Source: Octopus bimaculoides
Taxonomy: Eukaryota
Assembly (NCBI RefSeq): GCF_001194135.2
Contig: NC_068984.1
Span: 69,334,894-69,398,893 of the forward strand
Length of the DNA: 64,000 nucleotides
Direction of reading: 5' to 3'
Translations under genes and position numbers: made by a program
Notes under the pieces: generated by a model
Databases searched by the model: none
Told to the model about the DNA's origin: nothing
The model's input: the letters and a program-made list of their open reading frames with translations, nothing else
Shown here: positions 1 to 11,281 of the stretch, one piece after another
Numbering within the stretch: the first letter of the stretch is position 1
Layout: each line of letters begins with the position of its first letter

Positions 1-258
1 AGCTCTCCTGAAATAAGAATTTCTAACTTCCGGTCAGTCAGCCATTGTTATGATCGGCCATTATTATGATTGACCGTTGACTGAACACTATTCAATTTTT
101 TTTCTCCGTGTTTTTCTCCTTGTCTCCGTATTCTTTCTGTTGAAGAGCGTAGCTCGAAACGTCAAAGACTTTCCGTATTCCCGAGCGTCATACTAATATA
201 TACTTTTGTTATTTACACCACCTGTCCTCGTCTGTTGTTATTTTTTGTATAATCTCCC
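1..258 (+). mobile_element. Penelope-like element terminal (pLTR) remnant containing a hammerhead-like motif
   Basis: CTGTTGA-A-GAGCGTAGCTC-GAAACGTC at 137-163 in a pyrimidine-rich stretch, ending at a (TA)n tract. This matches the CTGANGA...CGAAACGTC signature of Penelope termini. Confidence 0.55.
132..168 (+). ncRNA. Minimal type I hammerhead-ribozyme-like motif (core A6 changed to U, probably inactive)
   Basis: Stem I TCTTT(132-136)/AAAGA(164-168); core CTGTTGA(137-143); extra A; stem II GAGC/GCTC with GTA loop; GAAAC directly followed by GTC, giving a loop-less palindromic ACGT stem III. Confidence 0.5.
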
Positions 259-503
259 ATATATATATATATACATATATACACATACACACACACAGAC
301 ATACTTATAAATATACACATATGTGTGCGTGTGTGCATGTGTTTGAAGGGATATATCATCCAAGCAGATACTCTAATGGTTCTCAGTTATGTGCCAGGTT
401 ATGTCTAGCCACATCGATCAGTATTTAACTAATAGTATGACTACTATTAATTGTCAAACACTCTGTAAATTCCCCAAATGGGTGTTCACTTCGCTGGATG
501 GTA

Positions 504-682
504 ATATTGTCAGGAATATATATTAGCAATAATTATAATGATATATCGTCGTCGTCGTCATTGTTTAATGTCCACTTTCCATGCTAGCATGGGTTGGACG
601 ATTTGCTAGCATGGAAAGCGGACGTTAAACGACGACGACGACGATATATCATTACAATTATTGCTAATATATACTCCTGACA

Positions 683-686
<4 letters not shown>
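504..686. repeat. Fold-back inverted duplication (arms about 85 bp, 14-nt loop) containing an RTE 3' tail
   Basis: 504-589 is the reverse complement of 604-686, apart from 4 transitions and one 3-bp indel. The loop is 590-603. Confidence 0.9.
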
Positions 687-734
<48 letters not shown>

Positions 735-744
735 NNNNNNNNNN

Positions 745-804
<60 letters not shown>

Positions 805-816
<12 letters not shown>

Positions 817-1155
817 ATGTCAGAAAAACAGCACAATTCATTCTGCCAGAAATTTGGAAACGACATGCTGTACTGCTTGGCATTTGCACCAGAAGCTCCA
901 AAATGAACATTTCAGTGTGTCAATCTAAGGACAGTGCAATGTGAGGACATGTACCGAGAGTGATAAAAATCAAACATCCAGTCAGCATCATGGTGATTGG
1001 AGTGTTCACTTGTGATACTGACATTATGTCTCCATTCATCTTCCCACATGGCTCCAGACTCCACACGGAGGCCTACATCCAGTGCCTGGAAGAGGTAGTG
1101 CTGCCCTGGGTCAAAAGGTTGGCTGCTGGAAGGCCATAAGTCTGGTGACATGTAG
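805..1155 (+). mobile_element. Internally deleted mariner/Tc1-superfamily (DDxD-type) transposase remnant
   Basis: N-terminal-like AQFILPEIWKRHAVLLG (about 818-870) is joined to VPRVIKIKHPVSIMVIGVFTCDTDIMSPFIFPHGSRLHTEAYIQCLEEVVLPWVKRLAAGRP*VW (951-1145), typical of the segment before the second catalytic Asp. Not in the ORF track. Confidence 0.65.
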
Positions 1156-1229
1156 ATTTGTAACATAATGAATGGTAGAATGCATGATGTTGTGTGTGAC
1201 TACAAATAGAATGCTTCTATTTCTTTTGT

Positions 1230-2061
1230 TTTACTTTCAAATAAGTGGGAATTTGTCAGAAAGCCTCCAGGAAAATGAAATGACCCACATTACCCGACGA
1301 AAACCTGACATTTGTGGGTAAGAGTATGATGCTGTGGGGATACATAAAAAGTGATGGTTCAAGAAAATTGGTTAAAACTGACAGTAACTTGAAAAGTGCC
1401 AAATACATCCAGTTGCTGAAGAATAATTTTCTACCAGAATTGGATGAAGGTGAGATTTGTCAGCATGACAGCTCCATGCCACATATCACATGCATCACAA
1501 CAGAGTCTGGATGATGAAGGTGTTACCATATTGAAAGATTGGCTAGCTCAGAGCCCTGACTTAAATATCATTGAGTAAATGTGGACAGAACTAAAGAGAA
1601 GAGTTCATCAGAAGAATCTATGCAATCTTGAAGAGTTGTGGGAGCTAAGCCACAGAGGATGGCATCTCATACCTGTGAAGATGGTGAAGGATTTGTACGC
1701 ATCTCTTCCCAGGTGCATTGAAGCAATTATTAAAGCTAAAGGAAGCCACACAAAATATTAACAATGTACAGTAACTTCTTGAAATGAAATTTATGTAATA
1801 TACAGACATTTTTCTGCTTCAAAACACTGTATCTTGATAGGTTTATGTGGGGTGGCCAAAAACTTTTGCACAGCCATTTTTGGTCTTGCATCTTCCCCTG
1901 TTATTCAGAACCCCTACTACAAAATATAATGATTAGAAAATGACTCCAAAGGGTCAATGTTTCATCTGTAAGAAATGCAATGCGAAACATTCACTTATAA
2001 GTTGGCAATTAGTAGAGATTTACGATAGTTTAAAGAGGTTGAAAACTTTTGCACAGTACTG
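1230..2061 (+). mobile_element. Tc1-like transposon, decayed C-terminal transposase plus right IR/DR end
   Basis: ORFs 1314-1514 (MMLWG...SAKYIQLL...QHD) and 1579-1761 (WTELKRRV...LYASLPRCIEAIIKAKGSHTKY), with DWLAQSPDLNIIE between them. The end ...TTTTGCACAGTACTG is followed by TA (2062-2063), and AAAACTTTTGCACAG is repeated about 185 bp upstream. Confidence 0.85.
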
Positions 2062-2233
2062 TATATATAGTCTAGTTTCTCAAAATTTTCTGTAACTATT
2101 GGTTAAATGTGATATATAACCCAAGTGGGTACCAATGTTATGTATGCAACAATGGAAGAACTTTAATGATTGCATTATAAAAAATTAGATATTATCTATT
2201 CTCTGTTTTCCTTAAACTAATTCACTATATATA

Positions 2234-2625
2234 GGTGCAGGAGTGGCTGTGTGGTAACTAGCTTGCTTACCAACCACATGGTTCCGGGTTCAGTCCTACT
2301 GCGTGGCACTTTGGGCAAGTGTCTTCTACTATAGCCTCGGGCCAACCAAAGCCTTGTGAGTGGATTTGGTAGATGAAAACTGAAAGAAGCATGTTGTATA
2401 TATGTATATATATATATGTGTATGTGTGTATATGTTTGTGTATCTGTGCTTGTCCCCCCATCATCGCTTGACAACTGATGGTGCTGTGTTTACGTCCCCG
2501 TAATCTAGCGGTTCACTGATAGAATAAGTACTAGGCTTACAAAGAATAAGTCCTGGGGTCGATTTGCTCAACTAAAGGTGGTGCTCCAGCATGGCCACAG
2601 TCAAATGATTGAAACAAGTAAAAGA
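2234..2625 (+). mobile_element. tRNA-derived SINE, family A (GGYGCAGGAGTGGCTGTGTGGT head, CORE-like TTGGGCAAGTGTCTT, internal TA/TG microsatellite, ...GAAACAAGTAAAAGAG tail)
   Basis: Near-identical architecture recurs at 10533, 18700, 28047 and 32057. Confidence 0.85.
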
Positions 2626-2689
2626 GTATATATATATATATATATATGTTTCCATACACACATATGCAAGGCATGCGCAGTGTGAGGTA

Positions 2690-2965
2690 GAATGTTTCTC
2701 AATAATATCCCCCCCCCCAGTTGAGGATTCTTGTCCTGCAAGTTACTTGGTGACCTCACCATTACTGGTGCTACGTGAAAATAGCCAGTACACTCTGTGA
2801 AGTGACTGGCATTAGGAAGGGCATCCAGCCATAAAATACATCCCAAAACAGACAGCAGAGCTTTAGAGTAGTCTTCTGTCTTGCCTGTTTTGTTCCTAAT
2901 AGGCTGTTCTTCTAATGCCAGCATGGAAAACAGTCATTAAATGATGATGATGATGATGATGATGC
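2690..2965 (+). mobile_element. RTE-clade LINE 3' UTR fragment with (GAT)n tail
   Basis: GGCATTAGGAAGGGCATCCAGCC...GCCAGCATGGAAAAC...TTAAATGATGATGAT. The same terminus is attached to RTE ORF ends at 30697-31473 and 42652-43358. Confidence 0.6.
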
Positions 2966-3683
2966 TGGTGGTAGTGGTGGTGGTGGTGGTGGTAAGTAGA
3001 CTGAATAGTTTGTGCTTTTTCAAGGAGATGCGATATGACAAAAACATATCTCTAGTTGCCACCATGGCTATCAATAATCAAATATATGCTCCCTTTATCT
3101 GCTCATGAAGGCAGTACATGGCTATTTATATATGTATGGTTGCAAGAAACATTGTTTTATAAGTGGTATAAGATATAAATATATATCTATTTTAATATGA
3201 ACTAAATTTATTTTTAGTTTTCATTTTGTCGATATTTCTGATACATTTTATCATATACTTTAAATTCAGTATAATTTGATTTCATATTAATATTTCTAGG
3301 CAGTTTATAGGCTTCTCAAAAAATATTTTTTAGCTACATCTAGTAGTATCTATTAATATTATTTTGATTGCTCATATCTCTATTTTAATTTCAATGATAA
3401 AGTTGAAAGACTGACCACTTTAAATGTAGGTGTCTACAACCAGAGGGATGATATTTGAAAATCACGATATTTCAACAGTTTTTGCTAATCTTTACTATAT
3501 GAAATGTAATGTTCGAATACATATTTTCTTCATTGCCTGTTAATGAAGGCATTACATGGGTATTTACATGCATATAGCTGTGAGAGACATAGCTCTATGT
3601 CCATGGCAAAGTACAAATATTTATTTTATTATATATATATCATCATCATTGAGCTATTCAAAGAGTGTGTTCTGCCTCATCTC

Positions 3684-3915
3684 CGAAACGCCTAGTTTAG
3701 AATAGAGGCAGCTGATGAAGGAAAAGTTCCATAAGTGGCTCGTCTGTTTTCCTATGTGTTCATTCTGTTGTCCGCAAAAAAGTCAGTTTTTTGTGCTTTA
3801 TGTTTCCGTTCCTTTTTTGACATCCTGTACCCGGATATGTATCTATATATACATGTAGATGTAGGTATGTACATATATGTATTTATACATGCATATGCTC
3901 ATATATCATTTGTAT

Positions 3916-3920
<5 letters not shown>
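3684..3920 (+). repeat. Dispersed repeat family P, copy 1 (CGAAACG...GCAGCTGATGAAGGAA; possibly a Penelope terminus)
   Basis: Aligns by eye with the reverse complement of 5477-5681. Confidence 0.65.
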
Positions 3921-3970
<50 letters not shown>

Positions 3971-4010
3971 TAGACACATACAACTATACATATATACATG
4001 TATATACACA

Positions 4011-4088
<78 letters not shown>

Positions 4089-4439
4089 TAAATATGCATA
4101 CACACACATATATATACACATGTGTATATATCATTTAATATACACAATATAAAGATACAAGCTTCTAATAGTTTCATGCATTGGAGAGGCGAGTTTTGGC
4201 AGGTTGTCATGCCCTGTATCTCTAAGCAATTTTTGGTCTCTCTTCATAGATTGGTGACACAGGCATGTTATAAAAACCAGTGTAGATTCACCTTTCTTAT
4301 ACATGAAACTATCAGCAGCTTGTATCATAACACTGAATGCATTAAATATTATCTCTCACTGGAAGGAGTACTTTTTTTTGCTGGTCTTACCTTAATGGAT
4401 CAATAAACTACATATGAATATATACATAATAGAGTATAG

Positions 4440-4759
4440 GAGTACTCCATTGGTTACGACAATGAGGGTCCCAGCTGATATGATCAATGGAACAGCTTGC
4501 TCATGAAATAAACGTACAAGTAACTGAGCATTCCACAGACACGTGTCCCCTAAACCTAGTTCTTAGGGAGATTCAGCATGACACAGAATGTGACAAGGCT
4601 GGCCTTTTTGAAATACAGGTACTACTCATTTTTGCTAGCTGAGTGGACTAGAGCAATGTGAAATAAAGTGTCTTGCTCAAGGACACAATGTGTCACTGGG
4701 AATTGAACTGACAACATTATGATCGTGAGCTGAATGCCTTAACCACTAGGCCACACGCC
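4440..4759 (-). mobile_element. tRNA-derived SINE: CORE-like head joined to tail module X
   Basis: Minus strand reads GGCGTGTGGCCTAGTGGTTAAGG...GTGTCCTTGAGCAAGACACTT, then GCCTTGTCACA...GCTGAATCTCCC, the module shared with 17795-18180. Confidence 0.75.
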
Positions 4760-5439
4760 TATACATATTCACACACACACACACATGCATGCACATGTAC
4801 CATACACACACATATGAGTAGTATAAGATGCAATTTCAAAGAATTATACAGCTATCACAATCAGCTCCACTTAAAGATTTTGCATTTCATCATTTAGAGT
4901 TCACTAAATGAAGAATGAGTCATGCACTGGGATTAATGTTTTCTTTCCATCTGTGTGTGTGTCCCTCTCTCTGTGGAAGAAATCAGTTATGGTAAGATCT
5001 GAGGAGAGATAGGCTCTATCACATATAAAAATGTTCCAAGATTTTATATTTATCATGGTGACTCAACAATTCCATTAAGGCAAGCAAAAGCAAAGGCATT
5101 ATATTATTTCTGTATTTGTATATAAAGTTCTGTAAATCTATGTTAATGTATGTTTAACACTTCCGATATCAACTTGCATGTGATCTATGATACAATCTTC
5201 GTTTTTTTTAGAGTGATTAAAATCAAAGCCTGGTTTATTTTGTCTTCGTCTTCGCTCCTATGCTATGTGGACATTTATTGTGGTTTTAGAGTCAGGATTT
5301 GACTGCTATTTTTCAGCGTGGCGGTATCTCTTAGATACCCTGTATTATAATTTTAAATAATTATTACCTTTGATGGTCTTTATTCCCATGCTGGCCACTT
5401 GATAAGATCAATATTTTAAATATCGATCTTATCCTTATT

Positions 5440-5476
<37 letters not shown>

Positions 5477-5481
<5 letters not shown>

Positions 5482-5681
5482 ACAAATAATAAATGAGTAT
5501 ATGCATATATACGTACATGTATGTACATACCTACATCTACATGTATATATAGATGCATATCTGGGTACAGAACATTGCAAAAAAACGTGGACGAAATGAT
5601 AAACAGAGTACAGAAAACACACAGGCCACGTAGAGAACATTTCCTTCATCAACTGCTACCACTCTAAAACTAACCGTTTCG
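5477..5681 (-). repeat. Dispersed repeat family P, copy 2 (inverted relative to 3684-3920)
   Basis: Reverse complement TCGAAACGGTTAGTTTTAGAGTGGTAGCAGTTGATGAAGGAAATG...TGTACCCAGATATGCATCTATATATACATGTAGATGTAGGTATG matches copy 1. Confidence 0.65.
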
Positions 5682-7054
5682 ATATATATATATATAAATG
5701 GGAAATGAACGTTGAATGATGATATGATGATGATTATGATGACGATGTGCATGTGAGCCACTTTTTGGCTGAGACAATTGCATGCATTTCATTATTTGAG
5801 TGTCTTCTAAGAACAGAGTTTAGACCCTTGTTTTGTTACACAAGATAAACAATTTGGGTTCACCTGGCTAATGAACTCTAGATAAACAACAAGAATATGA
5901 TGAATCAATGAGTGGTCCTCTACATGTTTGCCTAACCTGCTAGGAACAGCAGACAAATTTCCCTCCATCTTACATACACTATATCCCCAAACAGTTGTGA
6001 GAAGAAATCCTTAGGTTACAAAGCTGCTCAGTGAAGGGTGTCCATTTGCTGAACAATTACAAGAATACAAGTACAACAATGACAACCCACTATGAAATCT
6101 TTAGGGTAGTAGCTCAGCAAATTAAGTACAATTGTGCATATTTTCTTATTCTCATTTCATTCACTTCAGTGCAAGTAAAAGTACTTTCTCTCTGATGTTG
6201 CTTCACAATTCATTTTACATTTGTGTTGTGTTTTAACCCTTATACTGACAATTGACTCAACACTGCTAAAGGAATCTTTGGTCCAATTTAGTCTTCCTTA
6301 GAATTCCAAGGTTTCATATCTGAAAACAAAATCAATATCTTCATCTTTACAAATGAAGAGGTTAAAATAGATTAATTCTTGCTTTGTTCACTTTCAAATA
6401 ATTTAAGATTCTCTTCTTGTAACTTGGTCAACAAACGTCATATGTGGTATGTATTAAAAGGTGTCATCAAATAAGAATAATAGCTGGGGGTTTTTTATCA
6501 AGTGTTTTGAAAATCATCATTCAAAGTAATAAATAAAGTTTGTTCCATCGTTGTCTAAGAAGTATTCATACACATTTAGTTATTTTTGTTGTTGTTATTT
6601 TGTTGTTGGTGGCATTGTTTAACTCAATTCAGACATATGTTAGGAAGTCTGTTTCTTTTATCTTGCATCATTTTATAATTTGTGAACAATATCATCATTG
6701 CTGCCAAGATTCCAATTAACCCATCTCTGGTTCACTATCTTTGTGACAGTGACAGTTATACAGGAGTATTTGTAACTTAGTGTGCTTTGTCCAAAGAGCC
6801 TTTCTTGTTTACATCTTTCGTTGATTTGTATTGGGTAAAGATATAGATATAAATATATAGTATATGTGTTAGTGTGTGCATGCATGTATCATGTTTGTTA
6901 AGTATTTGTATCCATGAAAACACACACACACAAACTTTGGACCACTCTCTTTTGAATAACACATACTACTTACTGGTCAGCACCATTCAGTACAATGTGC
7001 CTTGAGTTATATATCAAAATTCTTACCCTTAGCTCATTTGAGGTATTCCCCTTC

Positions 7055-7345
7055 ACTCACTCATTCACTCATGATCTTGTTTGATAGATCTGGGGTTCCA
7101 GAGGTGTTAATGGCCCCAGCCAACCCGGTTCATCAGTGCCTGCCATCACTGGCTGTCCTGTACCAGCTTCTCTGTATCCTCCAAGATGATGTTGCGCTTG
7201 TGGAGATATTTCTAAATCACGTCCAGCCATCTAGTGCAGGAGCTTTGACAAGGTTTATCATAGGGCCTTCCATGGGACCTGCCACAGAGTCTGCTATGAG
7301 GCCTTTTCTGCTTCATTGAATGAGAGTAAGGCCCAGATATGAATT
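7055..7345 (-). mobile_element. RTE-clade LINE ORF C-terminal remnant
   Basis: Minus frame CTRWLDVI*KYLHKRNIILEDTEKLVQDSQ*WQALMNRVAG resembles the RTE end motif RW.D.I..DL......E.A..LAQDR..WR.L. Confidence 0.55.
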
Positions 7346-8922
7346 ATCTGGCAGAGAGCAAAGAACATTTCACTTATCCCATTTTATTTTTAAATTATGC
7401 AAATTGCTGATGGCCAACACTCTTTGTAATGATGTTCCCTATATGTAAAATCTTTAACGGTTGATCAAAGCAGATGGGAATAGACTATACTATGCTGATG
7501 AGGTCAAATAAGTCCAAAACATGCTCACAGTTGTCCCCTTGCTTTTTAACAAAGGTCAGATTTTCTTTTAAAGAACGAATATTAATTTTATAAAATTAAG
7601 TATTTATTTGTTTAAATTATCTCCCATTTTCTTTGACACTATGATTCATTTACCATATCCTTTTCATTGCACAGTCAGATTTGAGAGATGGAGAGAGAGA
7701 TAGAGAATCAGCTCTGGTACCTAGCTGGTACTTTATGTTATCAATTTTGAAAAGATGAAGAGAAAGTTGTGATCAGCAGGTTTTCAAATTGGAATGTTAA
7801 GAGCTGGAAAAAATATTGCAAGAAATTTGTCCAATGCTCTGATTCTGCCAAACCACTGTGCTAGATTTAAGACTTAATTTTAATATATTCTTCACTATTT
7901 GAGATGGCAAGGTTGTATTTCAGAGTGATTTAGCCACCTCTTCAAGTAGTTTGAGAGTCTTATAGAGATTTCTGTATTGGCTCATTACCAAATCGGTTGT
8001 TGTTATTTGACTGCAAGTCAGTCAGTTCTCAGTGAGCAGATCCACAATCAAAGATACTTCAGTCATGACTAGTTCATCTCTTTGCATAACTAATAACAGA
8101 CCGTGTGCTTTCATTTACTTAGTAGGATAGGGTGTGATCTGAAGGGAATTTGGCTGCTTTTTTTTTATTTGTTGACTTGTGAATATTTTGTTAGATAGAT
8201 TAGGAAAAACAATAGCAGAAAAATATTCCAGCAAATCAAATAATAACAGAAACAGAGAGTAAAGCAGTTTTGTCTTATCTTCTTGTAAGAAACTCTCTCT
8301 TACTAAATCCAATATAAAGTTTTGAAATTAAATTTTAGAATTCTATTTGAGTCAGGAAGATATCTTTTTTAATTTTCTATTATAGTTTTATGAATGTTTT
8401 TTGAAATTTTTCCTTGTATTGGTAAATAAAGGAAAACATTATGTTTTCAACATAATTTTATCAAAAATCCTAAGAAGACCATTTGTCAGTTTATGTTTGA
8501 AAATAATAAAAAAGTGAAGAAGATTGCGAAACAAAAACAAATGCAAAACAAAACAAAAGAAAGTTTTAAAAAAGATCACTACTTATTGATAGGAAAACAC
8601 AAAAAATCAAAACAAACATAAAACAGACAGGACAAACAAAAAAAACAAGCCCCTAAAATCTTCATTAAACGTTTATATGCCATGTTATGTTATGAATAAA
8701 TATTGACCAGCCTCTGTAACTATTGAATAAATCAATTTCAGACACACTTTCACAACAATTTGTTTGACAATTGCTAAAATCTTTTTTTCTTTTTTTTTGT
8801 ATATACTTTCCTTTGTTATTTGTTTGAAGATACAGCTCATCTAATAAAATGCTTAAAAATATTGGTATTGAGGCTTAAAATGTTCTGACAAATAGGATTT
8901 ATATATGTGTATGTGTGTGTGA

Positions 8923-8974
<52 letters not shown>

Positions 8975-9087
8975 NNNNNNNNNNNNNNNNNNNNNNNNNN
9001 NNNNNNNNNNNNNNNNNNNNNNNNNNTATATATATCTATATATATTTTGTATATGTATATATGTGTGTGTGTATATATACATATATA

Positions 9088-9091
9088 TTAT

Positions 9092-9153
<62 letters not shown>

Positions 9154-9212
9154 TAATAATAATAATAACAACAATAACAATAATAACAACAATAACAATA
9201 ATAATAATGATG

Positions 9213-9258
<46 letters not shown>

Positions 9259-9325
9259 TAATAACAATAATAATGATAATAATAATAATAATAATAATAA
9301 TGATAATAATAATGATAATAATAGT
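9088..9325. repeat. Long interrupted (AAT)n microsatellite with AAC/GAT variants
   Basis: Directly visible. Confidence 0.95.
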
Positions 9326-10244
9326 AATAAAAACCACTTATAAACAGAAAAGAGGACAGATCAGGTGCTTGAAGCATTAAGTGATGTTCGAAGAGTTTGC
9401 TGAAATGTAAGATATGCTTTTCTCTCCCTCTCTCTCCTCTCATTTCAAATAGAAGATTTCAATTTGAGTGCAATTTAGTTATACAATATTTGCACTAAAT
9501 AAATAGTCTGCTATTTTCATTTCTGTAGCGATAAAGTGTGGAGAGAAATTGTGGTTCTTCTCATTTAGAATTTTAAAATTGAAAATATATATATATAAAA
9601 AAAATCAAAAATCAAAATAAATATGCATGTGTGTGTGTATGTGTGTGTTTGTGTGTACATGCATGTTGGAAAGGTTAGCATTTTGCTTGACAAGTTTACA
9701 CAGTGAGAAGAGCTGATTGTTTGGTCTTGCTAACATAAATGGGCCATTGCTCTCTACTTTAAAACAAACATTTTGTCAGCTTCATCGTGATCGTAAAAGT
9801 ACAATTACAATAAACTGAATTGAATATTACAAAAGAATAATGTGGATATCTATGTGTGAAAATAAAAAAAAAAACACACAAGAATTTTAATATATGAATA
9901 AAAACAAAATTAAATAGAAATCTGTGTAATATTGAACATTTTCGTCATGTTAGTTTCGATCAAACTATTATTCCTGATATATTTAATGTAAGTTTGATTT
10001 TTGTTTTACATTAGATTTCTTTTTACTTTCAATTTGTTTCATATTGCATATATAATAGATTATGTATTCTGTAATGTATTAAAAAATATATTGTGCAAAA
10101 TGTTATTATATACGTGTGAATGTATATGACGATGATGATGATAATAATGATGACAACGACGACGACGACAACGATGATGGTGATGATGGTTGTGGTGGTG
10201 GTGGTGGTGGTGTTGGTGATGATGATGATGAGGATGATGATGAT

Positions 10245-10448
10245 CTTTTCTACGATAGGCACAAGGCCTTGAATTTGGGGCTGAGGATAGATGTTTACAT
10301 TGACCCTAGTATCTGGCTGTTACGTATTACCCTGAAACAATGAAAGGCAATGTCGTCCTCAACAGAATTTGAACTCAAAGTATAAAGACAGATGAAATGC
10401 TGCTGTGCATTTCGTCCAGCATGCAAGTAATTCTACCAGCTCACCACC
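10245..10448 (-). mobile_element. SINE family B (GGTGAGCTGGYAGAA head, GAGTTCAAAT B-box, GCCTTGTGCCTA tail)
   Basis: Minus strand head GGTGGTGAGCTGGTAGAATTAC abuts an (AAT)n tract. Same family at 10995, 34191, 48875-49508 and 53021. Confidence 0.7.
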
Positions 10449-10484
10449 TTAATAATCATAATAATAATAATAATAATAATGATG

Positions 10485-10532
<48 letters not shown>

Positions 10533-10533
<1 letters not shown>

Positions 10534-10719
10534 GACACAGGAGTGGCTGTGTGGTAAGTAGCTTGCTTACAAACCATATGGTTCTGGGTTCAGTCCCACT
10601 GTGTGGCACCTTGGGCAAGTGTCTTCTACTATAGCTTTGGGCCGACAAAAGCCTTGTGAGTGGATTTGGTAGACGGAAACTGAAAGAAGCCCATCGTATA
10701 TATGTGTGTATATATATAA

Positions 10720-10772
<53 letters not shown>

Positions 10773-10990
10773 TCCCTCCAGCATCGCTTGACAACCGATG
10801 GTGGTGTGTTTACGTCCTGTAACTTAGCCGTTCGGCAAAAGAGACCAATAGAATAAGTACTAGGTATACAAAGAATAAGTCCTGGGGTCGATTTGCTCGA
10901 CTAAAAGGCAGTGCTCCAGCATGGCCGCAGTCAAATGACTGAAACAAGTAAGAGAGTAAAGAGAGAGAGTAAGAGAGAGAGTAATAATAA
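10533..10990 (+). mobile_element. SINE family A
   Basis: CAGGAGTGGCTGTGTGGTAAGTAGCTTGC head through GACTGAAACAAGTAAGAGAG tail. Confidence 0.85.
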
Positions 10991-10994
10991 AGCA

Positions 10995-11200
10995 TTTCTA
11001 CTATAGGCACAAGGCTTGAAATTCTGGGTAAGAATGTTAGTTGATTAAACCAACTCCAATGCTGAACTGATATGTTTTCACTGACACTGAAAGGATGAAA
11101 GGTGAACTTGATCGCGATGGAATTTGAACTTAGTACATAAAGATGGATAAAATATTGTTAAGCATTTTCTCAAGCATGCTTATGATTCTACAAGCTCACC
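10995..11200 (-). mobile_element. SINE family B
   Basis: Head GGTGAGCTTGTAGAATC directly abuts the (AAT)n array at 11203-11280. Confidence 0.7.

Positions 11201-11280
<80 letters not shown>

Positions 11281-11281
<1 letters not shown>

Noticed and set aside
3684-3735. CGAAACG...CTGATGA in repeat family P as a type II hammerhead
   Set aside because: Stem I cannot form between the putative cleavage site and CTGATGA, and no GAAA follows stem II in either copy.
6270-9410. Small exon candidates (6407-6445, 8830-8865 and 9347-9405 plus; terminal DMKPWNSKED* minus near 6290-6322)
   Set aside because: They could not be joined into a consistent frame or a recognisable protein, and such splice-like signals are frequent by chance in AT-rich DNA.
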